64,000 nt of DNA. Source: Ignavibacteriota bacterium (GTDB taxonomy: Bacteria; Bacteroidota; Ignavibacteria; UBA10030; UBA6906). The position numbers and the translations under genes were made by a program. Every line of letters starts with the position of its first letter. The first letter of the stretch is position 1. The stretch covers positions 1,152,001-1,216,000 of the forward strand of contig CAWDEM010000004.1 of assembly GCA_963801355.1 (NCBI GenBank). Reading direction: 5' to 3'. Below, in pieces: positions 50,695 through 61,816 of the stretch. The notes beneath the pieces are model-generated. The model did not search any database and was not told the DNA's origin. It saw only the letters and a list, made by a program, of their open reading frames with translations.

Positions 50695-52056
50695 TCACTG
50701 TCTCCAGTGGAGTTCGATTTCTTCGAGAGTCTTTCCCTTCGTTTCCGGCAAGAACAGCCACGTAACGATCACCATGACGGCGCAGAAAAACGCATAGAGC
50801 CAGAACGGAAACGCGTGCCGGAACGTCGCGACCAGCCAGGGGTCTTCGTTGATGACGGGGAATGTCTGCGAAACCGCGAAGTTCGCGGCCCAGAGGAGCA
50901 GAGTGGCTATTGCCATAGCACGCCCGCGGAGCCGGGTGGGATAGATTTCTGACAGAACGACCCAGACAACCGGGCCCATTGAGAGTGCGAAGCAGGCAAT
51001 GTAACCCAGGACGAAAATGAGGACCCACCCATGGGTCGTCTCATAGAACGCCGCAAGGCCGAGCCCGATAAGGGAGAGACCCATGCCGGAGGCGCCGGTG
51101 ATCAGGAGCGGTTTGCGGCCGATACGGTCGACGGTCCAGATGGCGACCACGGTAAATGTGACGTTGAAAGCCCCCACGACAACAGTCTGGAGAAGCGCAC
51201 TATCGGTTCCGGCGCCCATCTGCTTGAATATTTCCGGCGCGTAGTACATGAATACATTGATGCCGGTGATTTGCTGCAGAATGGCGAGAGCGATGCCGAG
51301 AGCGAGAGCTATGCCCATTCCGGGCGACATGAGCCCCGCCGCAGCGTGAGTCGTTTCAGCAAGTGTCGCTTTGATTGCTGCGACTTCTGTGCGGGCTTCG
51401 GCGGGAGCACTGAGGCGTGAGAGGATTTCCAATGCACGCTCATCATGGCCCTGCTTGACGAGCCAGCGCGGACTTTCTGGAATCGCGAGGAGCGCGAGGA
51501 AGAACAACAGCGCCGGGAGTGTCTCCGAGCCGAACATCCACCGCCATCCAGTGGTGATATTCCACGGGTTATCACCGAGGCCGGCGATGAAATAGTTGAC
51601 GAAATAGACGAGCAGGATGCCACTCACGATCGCAAATTGGTTATAGGAAACGAGTCGGCCGCGAATACCTGCAGGAGCAATCTCCGCAATGTACAGCGGC
51701 GAGAGCAGGGACGCCATGCCGACCCCGATGCCGCCGATAATGCGCGCAACATTGAACTCGATGAGCGTGCGGGGAACGGCTGAACCGATGGCGGATATGG
51801 TGAACAACACGGCAGAGAACAGGAGGGCACGTTTGCGGCCGAACCTGTCGCTGAGTGGCCCGGCGACCCCCGCGCCGAGGATGCACCCGAGAAGAGCGCT
51901 GGATGCGGCGAATCCGGTTTCCGCCGGGCCCAGATTGAAGTACGAGCGCAAGAAACCAATGGCACCGGAGATGACAGCCGTGTCGTAGCCGAAAAGCAGA
52001 CCGCCGAGGGCGGCGACGACGCTCAATGATGTTGCGTAGGCGGCGGGTTTCATCAT
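50695..52056 (-). CDS. Sugar porter family MFS transporter (XylE-like)
   Basis: GGLLFGYDTAVISGA, DRFGRK, YIAEIAP..IRG, PESPRW, QQITGIN..MYY, PETKGKTLEEI. Confidence 0.95.
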   Translation of the reverse strand: MMKPAAYATSLSVVAALGGLLFGYDTAVISGAIGFLRSYFNLGPAETGFAASSALLGCILGAGVAGPLSDRFGRKRALLFSAVLFTISAIGSAVPRTLIEFNVARIIGGIGVGMASLLSPLYIAEIAPAGIRGRLVSYNQFAIVSGILLVYFVNYFIAGLGDNPWNITTGWRWMFGSETLPALLFFLALLAIPESPRWLVKQGHDERALEILSRLSAPAEARTEVAAIKATLAETTHAAAGLMSPGMGIALALGIALAILQQITGINVFMYYAPEIFKQMGAGTDSALLQTVVVGAFNVTFTVVAIWTVDRIGRKPLLITGASGMGLSLIGLGLAAFYETTHGWVLIFVLGYIACFALSMGPVVWVVLSEIYPTRLRGRAMAIATLLLWAANFAVSQTFPVINEDPWLVATFRHAFPFWLYAFFCAVMVIVTWLFLPETKGKTLEEIELHWRQ

Positions 52057-52063
52057 GTCGGGG

Positions 52064-52834
52064 TCATTCCTTCTCGTACATATCCGCAGCATCGGTCCGG
52101 GCGAGTTCCAGAAGGAATCCGGCGACCTTCGATGTGACAGCGGCAAAGTAACGGGCACCTTTTGCGGCGGTTGCCGCCCCGGGGTCTCCCGTGCCTGTAT
52201 CGTCAGTGACCCGCGTCCACTCACGCGGTGTCCACGCCCATCCTTCGCGGAAGGCGGTAACAGTCATCCGGTGTTCCTTTCCCTTGCCCGCCTCGGTCAG
52301 GGGAAGCACGAGATCCGGGGCGAGGAACATCATGAGACTCGTTTCCATTTCGTCGGCATGATCCCCCGGGACATCGAAAAAGTCTTTCAGAGGAACAGAG
52401 CGAAACCAGTTTACCGATGCCAGGAACATCGTGTGCCGCAAGCTGAGTTCCCGGATCATCCATCGGAAGTCGTTCCCGCCATGGCCGTTCAGGATAACAA
52501 GCCGCGGGATACGATGATGTTCAAGGGACGTCACGACATCCTCGAGCACCGCCAGTTGGGTGCTCGGATTCATATTCACGGTGAGCGGGATATTCAGTTG
52601 TCCTGTGTTGACGCCGAAAGGAATTGTCGGGAGAAGAATCGTTCGTGCCCCGCCTGCAGAGGCGAGGCGCACGGCTTCACGGCCGATCCTGTCCGTCTCG
52701 ATGATATCGGTGCCGTAGGGGAGATGGAGATTGTGTGGTTCAGTTGCAGCCCATGGGAGTACGGCAATCTGGTACTCAGCAAGTCTGAGATCGCGATACG
52801 GGGCTTCAGCAAGGATGTTGGGTTGATCAGTCAC
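52064..52834 (-). CDS. Creatininase-family amidohydrolase
   Basis: ATEPHNLHLPYGTD, LNGHGGN, DHADEMETS, GDPGAATAAKG. Confidence 0.9.
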   Translation of the reverse strand: MTDQPNILAEAPYRDLRLAEYQIAVLPWAATEPHNLHLPYGTDIIETDRIGREAVRLASAGGARTILLPTIPFGVNTGQLNIPLTVNMNPSTQLAVLEDVVTSLEHHRIPRLVILNGHGGNDFRWMIRELSLRHTMFLASVNWFRSVPLKDFFDVPGDHADEMETSLMMFLAPDLVLPLTEAGKGKEHRMTVTAFREGWAWTPREWTRVTDDTGTGDPGAATAAKGARYFAAVTSKVAGFLLELARTDAADMYEKE

Positions 52835-53990
52835 GGAGTTCACCGAGAAGATTTGCACATAGCAGGAGCGCCCGCGGAATGTGATAGCATCCCTTCCACT
52901 TTCCGCCTTTCATTGGAATGAGCACATCGCCACGCCTGTCGAGATAGCCCCACCACTCACCGAATTCCGGATCGGGGAATCGATTCCACGTATAATCATG
53001 GACCCGCTCAAACCAGGTGAGGCACTCGGGCCGCCTGGTGAGACGGTATCCGAGGAGGAGCGCGATGAGTGTCTCCACATGCACCCACCAGAGTTTCTGG
53101 TCCCATTCCATCGACAGCGGTGGCTTCCCCTGCGCGTCGAGGAGGTAGAAGATGCCCCCGTATTCCTGATCCCACGCCCGGTCCAGTGTCCGCAGGACTG
53201 TATCGAGGGAGCGGGAAATGAGCGCATCATCCCCGGTGGTTCTTGCGAGATCCATCAGGAACCACATTCCCTCGATGCCGTGTCCGGGATTGATACTCCG
53301 GCCTTCGAATGTATCAGGATGCGACCCATCCGGGGCGACATGTTCGTGCACAAGTCCGGTCTCCGCGTCGATGAAGAATCCGGAGATCTCGTGGATCAGT
53401 GCGTCCCGCGTCGTGGCATATTCCGCCGGATCCAGAAGCCAGGAGAGTTCCTGGATGAGATTCATGAGGATCATCGGCAGCGCATAGGATTTCACCGGGC
53501 GGACGCCCGGAACGATCTTTGAGTATTTGCCTTTGGGATTGTCCTTGCGGCGGAGAATATTCCGGTAGGTGCGGAGCGCGATCTCCTGTGCGGTTGTATT
53601 TCCGGAAGCCAGGGCGTACTGACTGAACGCCATTGCGGCGAAACAATCGGAGAAGATATTGTAGGGTTGCACCAGCGGCGCGCCCTCGCGCGTCAGTGCA
53701 AAGTACCAATTCCCCTGACTGTCGGTACCGTGGGCAAGGAGGAATTCGAAACCGTGCTTCGCGATCTCGAGCCATTGCGGGTTCTTTTCCAGGCGCGTGT
53801 ACAGTATCGAAAACATCCACGTTTGGCGCGCCTGCAGCCACACAAATTTGTCGGTATCGTAGACTGTTCCGGATCGATCCAGGCATGTGAAGAATCCGCC
53901 ATGCCGGTCGATCGAGTGTTTTTCCCAAAAAGGGATGATGTCAGCCCGGAGGGCCGCAATGTACTGATGTTGCAGGCCAGGGAAGTCCAT
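52827..53990 (-). CDS. N-acyl-D-glucosamine 2-epimerase (AGE family)
   Basis: GGFFTCLDR.G.VYDTDKFVWLQARQ, YNIFSDCF, NPGHGIE, WDQKLWWVH, KGGKWKGCYHIPR. Confidence 0.93.
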   Translation of the reverse strand: MDFPGLQHQYIAALRADIIPFWEKHSIDRHGGFFTCLDRSGTVYDTDKFVWLQARQTWMFSILYTRLEKNPQWLEIAKHGFEFLLAHGTDSQGNWYFALTREGAPLVQPYNIFSDCFAAMAFSQYALASGNTTAQEIALRTYRNILRRKDNPKGKYSKIVPGVRPVKSYALPMILMNLIQELSWLLDPAEYATTRDALIHEISGFFIDAETGLVHEHVAPDGSHPDTFEGRSINPGHGIEGMWFLMDLARTTGDDALISRSLDTVLRTLDRAWDQEYGGIFYLLDAQGKPPLSMEWDQKLWWVHVETLIALLLGYRLTRRPECLTWFERVHDYTWNRFPDPEFGEWWGYLDRRGDVLIPMKGGKWKGCYHIPRALLLCANLLGELRD

Positions 53991-53991
53991 G

Positions 53992-55164
53992 TTACGACCC
54001 TTTGATGACCGGCTTCAACTCGGGAATATCGATCCACTTTCTGGTTTTCCAGGATTCCATGCCGATTTCGGCGAGTTGGACGCCGCGTGCGCCCTCCAGG
54101 AGATTCCATGGAAACGGTTCGTCCTTCACCACGTGGCGAAGAAAAAGCTCCCATTGGGCTTTGAAGGCGTTCTCGGATTCCTCTTGCGCCGGCACGCGCA
54201 TCCACTGGTCGAAATAGTTGATTGGACTCTCGATGTCGGGGTTCCAGACCGGACGCGGGGTGGCATGAGCGGGTTGAATCCAGCAGTCGCGGAGTCCTGC
54301 CATCGCCGAGCCCGCGGTTCCATCGACAAGCAATGTCAGCAAATCGTCGCGGCGGACGCGTGTCGTCCAGGAGGAGTTGAACTGCGCGATCGCACCGGTG
54401 TCCAGTGCGAATGTTGCATAGGCGGCATCGTCGGCCGTGCACTGGTACGGAGCTCCCCGTTCATCCCAGCGCGTAGGGATGTGTGTGGCGCCGAGGCAGG
54501 AGACCGCCTGCACCTTACCGAAGACGTCGTCGAGGAGGTAGCGCCAGTGGCAAAGCATGTCAAAAATGATGCCGCCGCCGTCCTCCGCGCGGTAGTTCCA
54601 TGACGGCCGTTGGGCAGGGATGGAATTCCCCTCGAAGACCCAGTATCCGAATTCGCCGCGCACAGAGAGAATGCGTCCGAAGAACCCTTCGCGGATCAGG
54701 CGTTTGAGCTTGAGGATGCCCGGAAGCCAGAGCTTGTCTTGTACCACGCCGTGCTTGACGCCCTTCTTTTCCGCCAGGAGATAGAGCTCGTACGCCTCGT
54801 CGGTGGTCAGTGCAGTGGGCTTCTCGCAATAGATGTGTTTTCCGGCTTTCACTGCGGCCCGGATGCTGGGCACGCGGAGGCTGGTGATCTGCGCATCGAA
54901 GTAGATCATATTGGAGCTGTCATCCAGCGCTTTGCCAAGATCGGTTGTCCATCGCGCGATACCATTGGCGGCAGCGAGACTCTCGAGACGCGCGGCGTTG
55001 CGTCCGACGAGAATCGGATCGGGCATGATCACTTCGCGGTCATTGAGCCGGACGCCGCCCTGGCGGATGATCGCAGCGATTGAGCGCGTGAGGTGCTGAT
55101 TCGATCCCATCCGGCCTGTGACGCCATTCATCACGATACCGACATGGTGTGTTGTTGTCGCCAT
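53992..55164 (-). CDS. Gfo/Idh/MocA-family oxidoreductase
   Basis: MNGVTGRMG.NQHL, GKHIYCEKP, VVQDKLWLPG, RGEFGYWVFEG, GGGIIFDMLCHW. Confidence 0.92.
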   Translation of the reverse strand: MATTTHHVGIVMNGVTGRMGSNQHLTRSIAAIIRQGGVRLNDREVIMPDPILVGRNAARLESLAAANGIARWTTDLGKALDDSSNMIYFDAQITSLRVPSIRAAVKAGKHIYCEKPTALTTDEAYELYLLAEKKGVKHGVVQDKLWLPGILKLKRLIREGFFGRILSVRGEFGYWVFEGNSIPAQRPSWNYRAEDGGGIIFDMLCHWRYLLDDVFGKVQAVSCLGATHIPTRWDERGAPYQCTADDAAYATFALDTGAIAQFNSSWTTRVRRDDLLTLLVDGTAGSAMAGLRDCWIQPAHATPRPVWNPDIESPINYFDQWMRVPAQEESENAFKAQWELFLRHVVKDEPFPWNLLEGARGVQLAEIGMESWKTRKWIDIPELKPVIKGS

Positions 55165-55206
55165 GATGTGTTTCTCCAGAGATATGCCGGGATTCACCTT
55201 TTGTTC

Positions 55207-55268
55207 AGGCAATAGGCACGAGGGAAGTCCCTTTCCCCATTGCCCAGTGCCCAACACCTAGTGCCTAC
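55207..55268. repeat. Inverted array of TGCCCAR-like heptamers (imperfect hairpin)
   Basis: AGGCAAT AGGCACG AGGGAAG (55207-55227) faces TCCCCAT TGCCCAG TGCCCAA CACCTAG TGCCTAC (55234-55268). Confidence 0.6.
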
Positions 55269-55714
55269 AGTGCCTTCCCCTCCACACATTGCGGCTTCGC
55301 ACCTCCAGGCAGCGCCGGCGCTTCAATACCTGCGCGGGGAAGCGTCCCGCTGAGCTCCTGACGCCAGTGGGCCACGTCACCGGTGGGGGCGTAGCAATAG
55401 AGCATGCGGAGCGGCGTGCCGCCGGTATTCGTGATCTGATGGAACTGCCGTGACGGAATGTAGACTGCCTGTCCGGTGCTCAGTGTGCGCCGTTCGTTGC
55501 CCAGGCACATTTCCGCGGTGCCTTCGATGATGAAGTAGATTTCTTCCTGCTCCTGATTATGCCAGGGGACCTGACCGCCATCCGGGTCCAGCGTGACATG
55601 ACCCATGGCGAAGCCGGCTGCTTGAATCGGTGAAGCGCCACCGACGAGGTTCTGCGTTTTCCTCCGGGCGGGATACCGGCGGCCTTCGATGGCTGCGAGG
55701 TCGGCGACGATCAT
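55265..55714 (-). CDS. Cupin-domain protein
   Basis: PDGGQVPWHNQEQEEIYFIIEG and YIPSRQFHQITNTG cupin motifs. Confidence 0.88.
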   Translation of the reverse strand: MIVADLAAIEGRRYPARRKTQNLVGGASPIQAAGFAMGHVTLDPDGGQVPWHNQEQEEIYFIIEGTAEMCLGNERRTLSTGQAVYIPSRQFHQITNTGGTPLRMLYCYAPTGDVAHWRQELSGTLPRAGIEAPALPGGAKPQCVEGKAL

Positions 55715-55777
55715 GGGAAGCTCCTGCTGCTGGACGATATAATGCGTCAAAGGCGGTGTACCCGATTCCTGCCGGCC

Positions 55778-58418
55778 CTACGTGAACTTCAACCCTAGCA
55801 CAGTCTCCCTGCCCGCCGGAAGCAAGAAATGCGAGTAGCGCGGGTACTTCTTTCCGGGAACCGGAGTGAGCGTCACGCGCTCTCTGGTGTCGAGTTTCAA
55901 TTCTGCTTCCATACCATCCGGAACACGCAGCCGCAGCTCACGATCCCCCCTTCGGCCGCGCGATCGAAAAACGATGTCACCGCGGACGGTAAATGCGGTC
56001 AGTTCCAGTTTTTCCAGGCTTCCCGGCCGGGGAGTGATAGTGCACCGTGCAAACCCGGGCGCCGTGGGCTTGATGCCGGCGAGACTCATGAATGCGACAT
56101 AGAGCGGCACAATTGCACAGTGGCTCCAGAGATCGCCCGAGTCGGGCTGTGCCGTCCAGTTCTCTGAGACGGTATTGTTCAGCAGTACGGAATCCATTCC
56201 CGCCCATCGGGTCCTGAAATCCTGGAGAATGACATCGGTGAGGTCCCCTTCCGCGAGAGCCCAATACCGCCAGCCGGCATTGGCCGGATACGAAAGGCCC
56301 ATCGCGGGCGGACAGTTGGCCAGTACGTTGAGCGAAGCCGCGGTGTCGTCGTCTGGACAGAGTCCGAAAAGGACTGCAGTTGCGAGTGATCGATCACACA
56401 TGCGTGTCTCGCCCTCCTCTTTTCGCCAGGGGAGGTTGTTCACGAAGAGGTGCTCGTTCTCACTCCAGAACGATGCCTGCGTGGCTTCGACGATCCTCCC
56501 GGCGAAGTCCCGGGCGAACGTGCCCCATGCGGCATGACCGGTGGCGAAGGCAAGGGGAGCGAACGCATGTCTGAGCATTGCTGCGGCATAGAGATTGAAC
56601 GCGCACTGTTTGTGCCGCTGCTGTTTGAAGGCGTTATGGTCGATCCAGACGTTGGGGAGACCCAGGTTCAGGACCGGCAACAGACCGTCGGGACCCACGA
56701 TGCGGTGGAGATAAGCCACGAATCGCTGCAATCTGACTGCGGCCTCCGCAACCTGGGCGACGTCCCCGGTGTAGAGATAGTGCTGATAGCAATCGAACCC
56801 GAATCCCACGGCATGATCCAGTAGCGGTCCCCAGGGGGTTAAATCGAGCTGGCGCTCCATCACGCGGGCAAGCCGATCGTAGGCGGGCCAACAATCGAAA
56901 AAGAAGCCGTCGGTCATCAATCCCTGTGAGAAGGTGCTTATGAACCGGGCGGGAAGGCGGGTCTCCCCGAGTGCGAGGTAGGCGCCATGCATTTGATGAC
57001 TGCCGTCGCCGCTGTATTGCTGCCGCTCGCGTCCCATGCCGTCGACGAATGTCTCCTGGGCGGAGTTGTACAGCGTGTTGACACATGCGTCCATGAGCCG
57101 CTGCAACGGTGGCTCGGACAGAGTAATCTCCGGGCGATGGGAGCCAGGGATAGAGCCGGCGGAGGACGCCGACCTGCGAGACGACAATGGTGCCTTCCGC
57201 ACCATGGACATGCAACTGCAGCCAGCGGAGGCTTTCGTAGTCGAAGCAACGGAATCGGTTCTCCCCCTCGCGACAGATGAATCGTGCCCACGCGTGAAAA
57301 TGTGTATTGAGAAGGGCCGGTCCGCCGGGCGAGTGCGCCTCGTGTACGAGGAGTTCAACGACCGTTCCCCGGGGGGCGCTGATAGTGAATTCCGGAAAGC
57401 CGACTATCTGCTCGGAGAACTCGAATGTAAGTGCAATTCCTCCATTCCGTGCAAGCTGGCATTGCCACGTTCCGGGAGGATTCTCGTATATGCCGGAGAA
57501 AAGAGTCTGCGTGTAGGCATCAGCCGGCGCCATCGCAAAATACTCTTCCGGCGGGCGTTTCCATATAATAGAAAAGGCTCTCGCGTAGACGGAGCGCCGG
57601 AACGGCGGCTTCGTGCAGTAGGGGAATCGATCGGGGCAGCAGACAGCAAATACTCCGGTCGGCGGTGGCATCCATCAGGTAATCGGGATAGCTGGAACAG
57701 ATCGGCGGCAGCGACGCGGGGCAGGGGAGAGGCAGGGCGGAGACCCATGCGTCATCGGGTACAAATCCGGGGCTGTCCCACCCGTGGGGGTGAAGACGCG
57801 CGTCGAACTCTTCCTGGAACGAGCGGAGATACCAGCGCTTGTACTGTCCCGGGGGCCAGCTGGTTGCCAGATGGCATTGCCACTGCTGATCGGTAGTGAG
57901 TGTCAGCGTCGATCCATCAGTACATTCTATAGAGAGAGTGCAGATGAATCCCGGCTTTCCGATGGGATGCGTGCCGTCGCCGTGGCCGTACGACAGTACG
58001 GTCACGGCAATGACGTTTTCGCCCTGTGTGAGTACTTCACCGAGATCGAGCGGATCGACTTCCATGCGTCGCGGATCCGCCGGGGCAGGCCCCCACTGGA
58101 CGCGGCGTCCGTTGACGGTGAGGAGATAGCGGCTGTCTGCAGCGATCCATCCGTCAGCCTTGCGTACCGGGAGCGGAAGAGGCGTACAGTACGCCGGAAG
58201 AGGATTACCGTATTGGGCAACGTCCGTGTCGAGGGATACCAGATCCAGGACGCAGGGGCGAGGTCGAGACGGTGGTGTTGTGGGGGAAGCTGGAGTGGCG
58301 TGCTGCCGGGCAGAGTATCCGGCGACGGTGCAGTGTCCGTCGTGGCGATGGATGGCATAAGTCCGAGGGCAGCGCCCGCGCCTGCAGTCTGTTTAAGGAA
58401 ATCACGTCGGTCGGTCAT
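55778..58418 (-). CDS. GH78 alpha-L-rhamnosidase-like protein with Tat signal, three frameshifts (near 58175, 57570, 57140)
   Basis: DRRDFLK Tat motif; ADSRY.L.VNG..VQWGPAP N-domain; ETFVDGMGRERQQYSGD; TVSENW; WSHCA; GIKPTAPGF. Spread over ORFs 58002-58418, 57520-58065, 56634-57671 and 55778-57358. Confidence 0.78.
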
Positions 58419-58440
58419 AGAGAAAGGCCGCTAATTGTTC

Positions 58441-58469
58441 AGTATGGAGGAAAGTGATGACAATGTCAA
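58441..58469 (-). promoter_or_regulatory. Putative sigma70 promoter for the long minus-strand gene run
   Basis: Minus strand TTGACA (58469-58464), 17-nt spacer, CATACT (58446-58441); palindrome TGACAATGTCA (58458-58468) overlaps the -35. Confidence 0.6.
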
Positions 58470-58501
58470 GACATGCGCGGTGCTCTTTTTGCACAAAGGA
58501 C

Positions 58502-58530
58502 TTGACAGGCACAAAAAAATGCTGTATACT
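58502..58530 (+). promoter_or_regulatory. Near-consensus sigma70 promoter for the TonB-dependent receptor unit
   Basis: TTGACA (58502-58507), 17-nt spacer, TATACT (58525-58530). Confidence 0.75.
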
Positions 58531-58801
58531 CCAAAGGTAAAACACCATTCACATAGTAAAACAGCTGCGTGGTGAATACTGCCACCGTCGTTTCCCATCC
58601 TGTCTGTCGGCTGTTGGTGGTGTTGGTGTAATTCTCCTATCTTCTTTCTCAACGCGTTATTTCACAACTTGCGGCGTTCACTCGGTGATCTCCGGATCAT
58701 GTGGTAGAATCCTCAAGGGGAGTTCCCAACACGGATCGGTGGTGGCTTCTCACACTTCGTTTGCTTTTCCCACACAAACAACACTCCAAAGGAGGAGCGA
58801 C

Positions 58802-61767
58802 ATGAGGCAACTATGGTACAAGTTTCTGTCCGTAGCCTTGCTGACTGTTGTGGTGTCAGTAAGTCTCGTACTTGCCGGGAACGGTAAGATCTCCGGCACG
58901 GTCAAAGGAGCGGACGGTGCCGCAGTCGTGGGGGCGAACATCATCCTGGAAGGGACGATGATGGGAGGGTCGGCTGATGTCAACGGCAATTACTTTGTAT
59001 TGAACGTTCCGCCTGGAACCTACAGGGTGCGCGGATCTGCCGTGGGCTACACGCCGAAAGTGCTGACGGGCGTGCGCGTTGGGTCCGACCAGATCGTGAA
59101 CGTCAACTTCACGCTGGAATCGGAGACGGTCGGCATTTCGGAAGTCGTGATCGAAGCAACACGCCCGCCGGTGGACAAAAGCCAGACGTCGGCGAAGTCC
59201 ACAATGAGCGGTGACGACTTTACAACGCTGCCGATTTCAGACGTCTCGTCGCTGGTGGCCACGTCGGCCTCCACGTTCAAGGGATTCGTCCGTGGAGGGA
59301 AGACGTTCGAGACGAAGACGATTGTCGAAGGTATCGACATGACGGACCAGTTCTATGCTGCTGCCGCTGATGCCGGAGGTCTTGCATTCGGGTCCGGTGG
59401 CGGGTTCACTTCGGCCATGAGCTACAATGGCATCAACCGTCAGACAGAGAGCCAGCGGGCTTCTCTGGTCAACCTGAACGTCTCCGCCGTGGAGGAAGCG
59501 AACCTCGTGACGGGCGGTGTCGGCGCGGACTACAGCAACGCGACCGCAGGTGTGGTGGCGTATTCGCTCCGTGACGCCCGCGAGGCGTTCAATGGGCGTG
59601 TGGATGTGCGCGTCAGCCAGATGGGCGGTCTGCATTACAAAGGGCCGGACCTGTACTGGGACCAGGGCATCTACTATGCGGAGAAAGCTCGTCTATTGGC
59701 GAACGCATCGGCAATAGAACGGGAGAAGGGTGGAAGGTTCACGTGGACCCCGGACAAATACGAGACCGGCAAGCCGGAATACAAGGCGGAAGTGGCTCTC
59801 GGGTCGAAGTTCGGGGAAGGTGGAGGTGCCTACCTGACACTGGGGTGGTTCGATTCTCACGGGCGTCTTCCGGCTGAGTTTACCCGCCGGGCGAACGCCA
59901 CGCTGAAAGTGAACTCGAACCTCACTGATAATCTCAAACTCAGCTTCATCGGTCTTGTGGAAGATCGGGGCAAGCTGCTTGGATGGAAGAACCGCAGCTA
60001 CATGGACGACTTCCGCTATTTCCTGGAGGGTGTCCCGCGGTCGGACGGTGCCAACTTCACCGGTTCGGTCCGGCTGACGTACATTATCTCCCCCTCCTCG
60101 TATGCTGAGTTTCAGATCAGCGGCGTGACAGATAATTCCCGTCGCGGCTTTTCTGACGACAACAATGACGGCTGGTGCTGACCTGTATGAAGACGGTGAT
60201 TTCCTCGAATTCGCCGACACCGCCCAGGTGAACAGGTATCAGGCGAATAATTCGAACTCTCAAATGTGGAAATTCTTCTCTCCCTCGCCAAGGAATGAGT
60301 CGTACAGCGAGAGCGGAGTGACGATGTCCGGTGCTGCAAACTGGAAGATTGCCCGCCCCGGCATCTACTATGAGGATTTCACGAACAGCAACGTGACCGT
60401 GAAAGGTGACTTCACCAGTCAGGTCACACAAAACCATCAGCTCCGTGGCGGTCTGCAGGCCCGGATGCACAATTTCGACATGATCCGCCGTGCCGGCTTC
60501 ATCGGCGGCAACGTTTCTTCGTACAAGAACTACGTGGAAGAGACCTGGAACCTCAAGCCGAACGAATACGGCGGATACCTGCAGGACAGGATGGAATACG
60601 CCGGATTGATCATCAACCTCGGCTTCCGTGTGGACGCTCTTGATCTTGCTGCAGCCGACTGGGCGAATTTCTTCAAGCCCTACACGCTCGGTGACAGAAG
60701 AGGGAGGCGGCCAGGCATTGGTTTCGGTGCGCGGTCCGAATGCAAAGATGAAGTGGTTCTTCTCTCCGCGCCTGGGTGTGTCTCACCCCATCAGCGACCG
60801 GGCAGCCGTGTACTTCTCTTTCTCACAGCAGAACCAGTCGCAGCCCTTCTCAAGATTGTACACATACTACAACCAGTGGGGGAACCCCTCGCTTGCTCAA
60901 CTCCCGAGAGTGGACCAGGACCCGATCAAGTCCACCAGCTACGAACTCGGCGTGCAGTATGCACTCTTCGAGAACTTCAGTCTGGATGTGAACGCGTACT
61001 ACAAAGACATCCAGAATTACGGGTACACCACGATAGTCGTGACTCCGCGAAGCACTCTTGCAAAGCTCTACTACATCAACACGAATTTCGGCTATGCAGA
61101 CTCCCGCGGTGTGGAGTTGACGCTGCGGCGGAATGCCGTGCCGGTGACGGATTGGCTGACTGTGGGAGGGCGCGTAAGCTACGCATACAGTTACATAAAG
61201 CAGTCCGTGCCGCTGGGGACAAGAACGTCACCTCCTACGGATTGGCTGACAGCGCCGAATACGATGGCAGTTTGCCTTTTGATGACATCAAGTACTGGAA
61301 CACCATCGAGCAGCACGTGAATGGTGGCAACACCAGTCTGACGGGAGGCTACGATCGTGCGCACCGCGTCGGGTTCAATGTGTTCTTCCGCGTTCCGTAT
61401 GATATCATGTTGAGCGCCGTGGGGACGCTTCAGAGCGGATTCTACTACCCGCTCACGCTGGCGGATCCCCGTTCGCGTGAAGTTGGTGAAGGCCCGTGGA
61501 CCAAGAGGGTGGACCTGCGCCTCGAAAAGGGTTTCAAAATTGGAGCGAGTCGGTTCGCACTCTATGTCGACCTCATGAATGCATTCAACTGGACCAGCAT
61601 CGTTGCATACCAGCAGTCGTCGACTGCGACGGTCCCGCAGATCGCGTGGGAAAAGAGACGGGGATCCGACAGGTGGACCGACGATCCAGCGCTCGGTCAC
61701 TCAGGACGGATCGACCGTGTATGACGTCCCGCGTGAGATCTACTTTGGCGTGAGTTACCAGTTCTAG
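58802..61767 (+). CDS. TonB-dependent receptor with N-terminal carboxypeptidase-regulatory-like domain, four frameshifts (near 60179, 60690, 61215, 61655)
   Basis: SD AGGAGG; signal peptide; GKISGTV..GANI..G.Y.VLNVPPGTY; plug-like TGG..ADY.NA..GVV; barrel motifs YLQDRMEYAGLIINLGFRVD, FSPRLGVSHPI, YELGVQ, YYKDI, RGVEL; C-terminal PREIYFGVSYQF. Confidence 0.85.
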
Positions 61768-61816
61768 GGTCTCTCTTGGACCAACAACAACAATACGAAT
61801 CATGAGGGTTTGGAAA

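Noticed and set aside
60179-60181. TGA read-through or selenocysteine in the TonB receptor
   Set aside because: The protein continues in a different frame; deleting one base gives ..DGWCDLYEDG.., so this is an indel rather than recoding.
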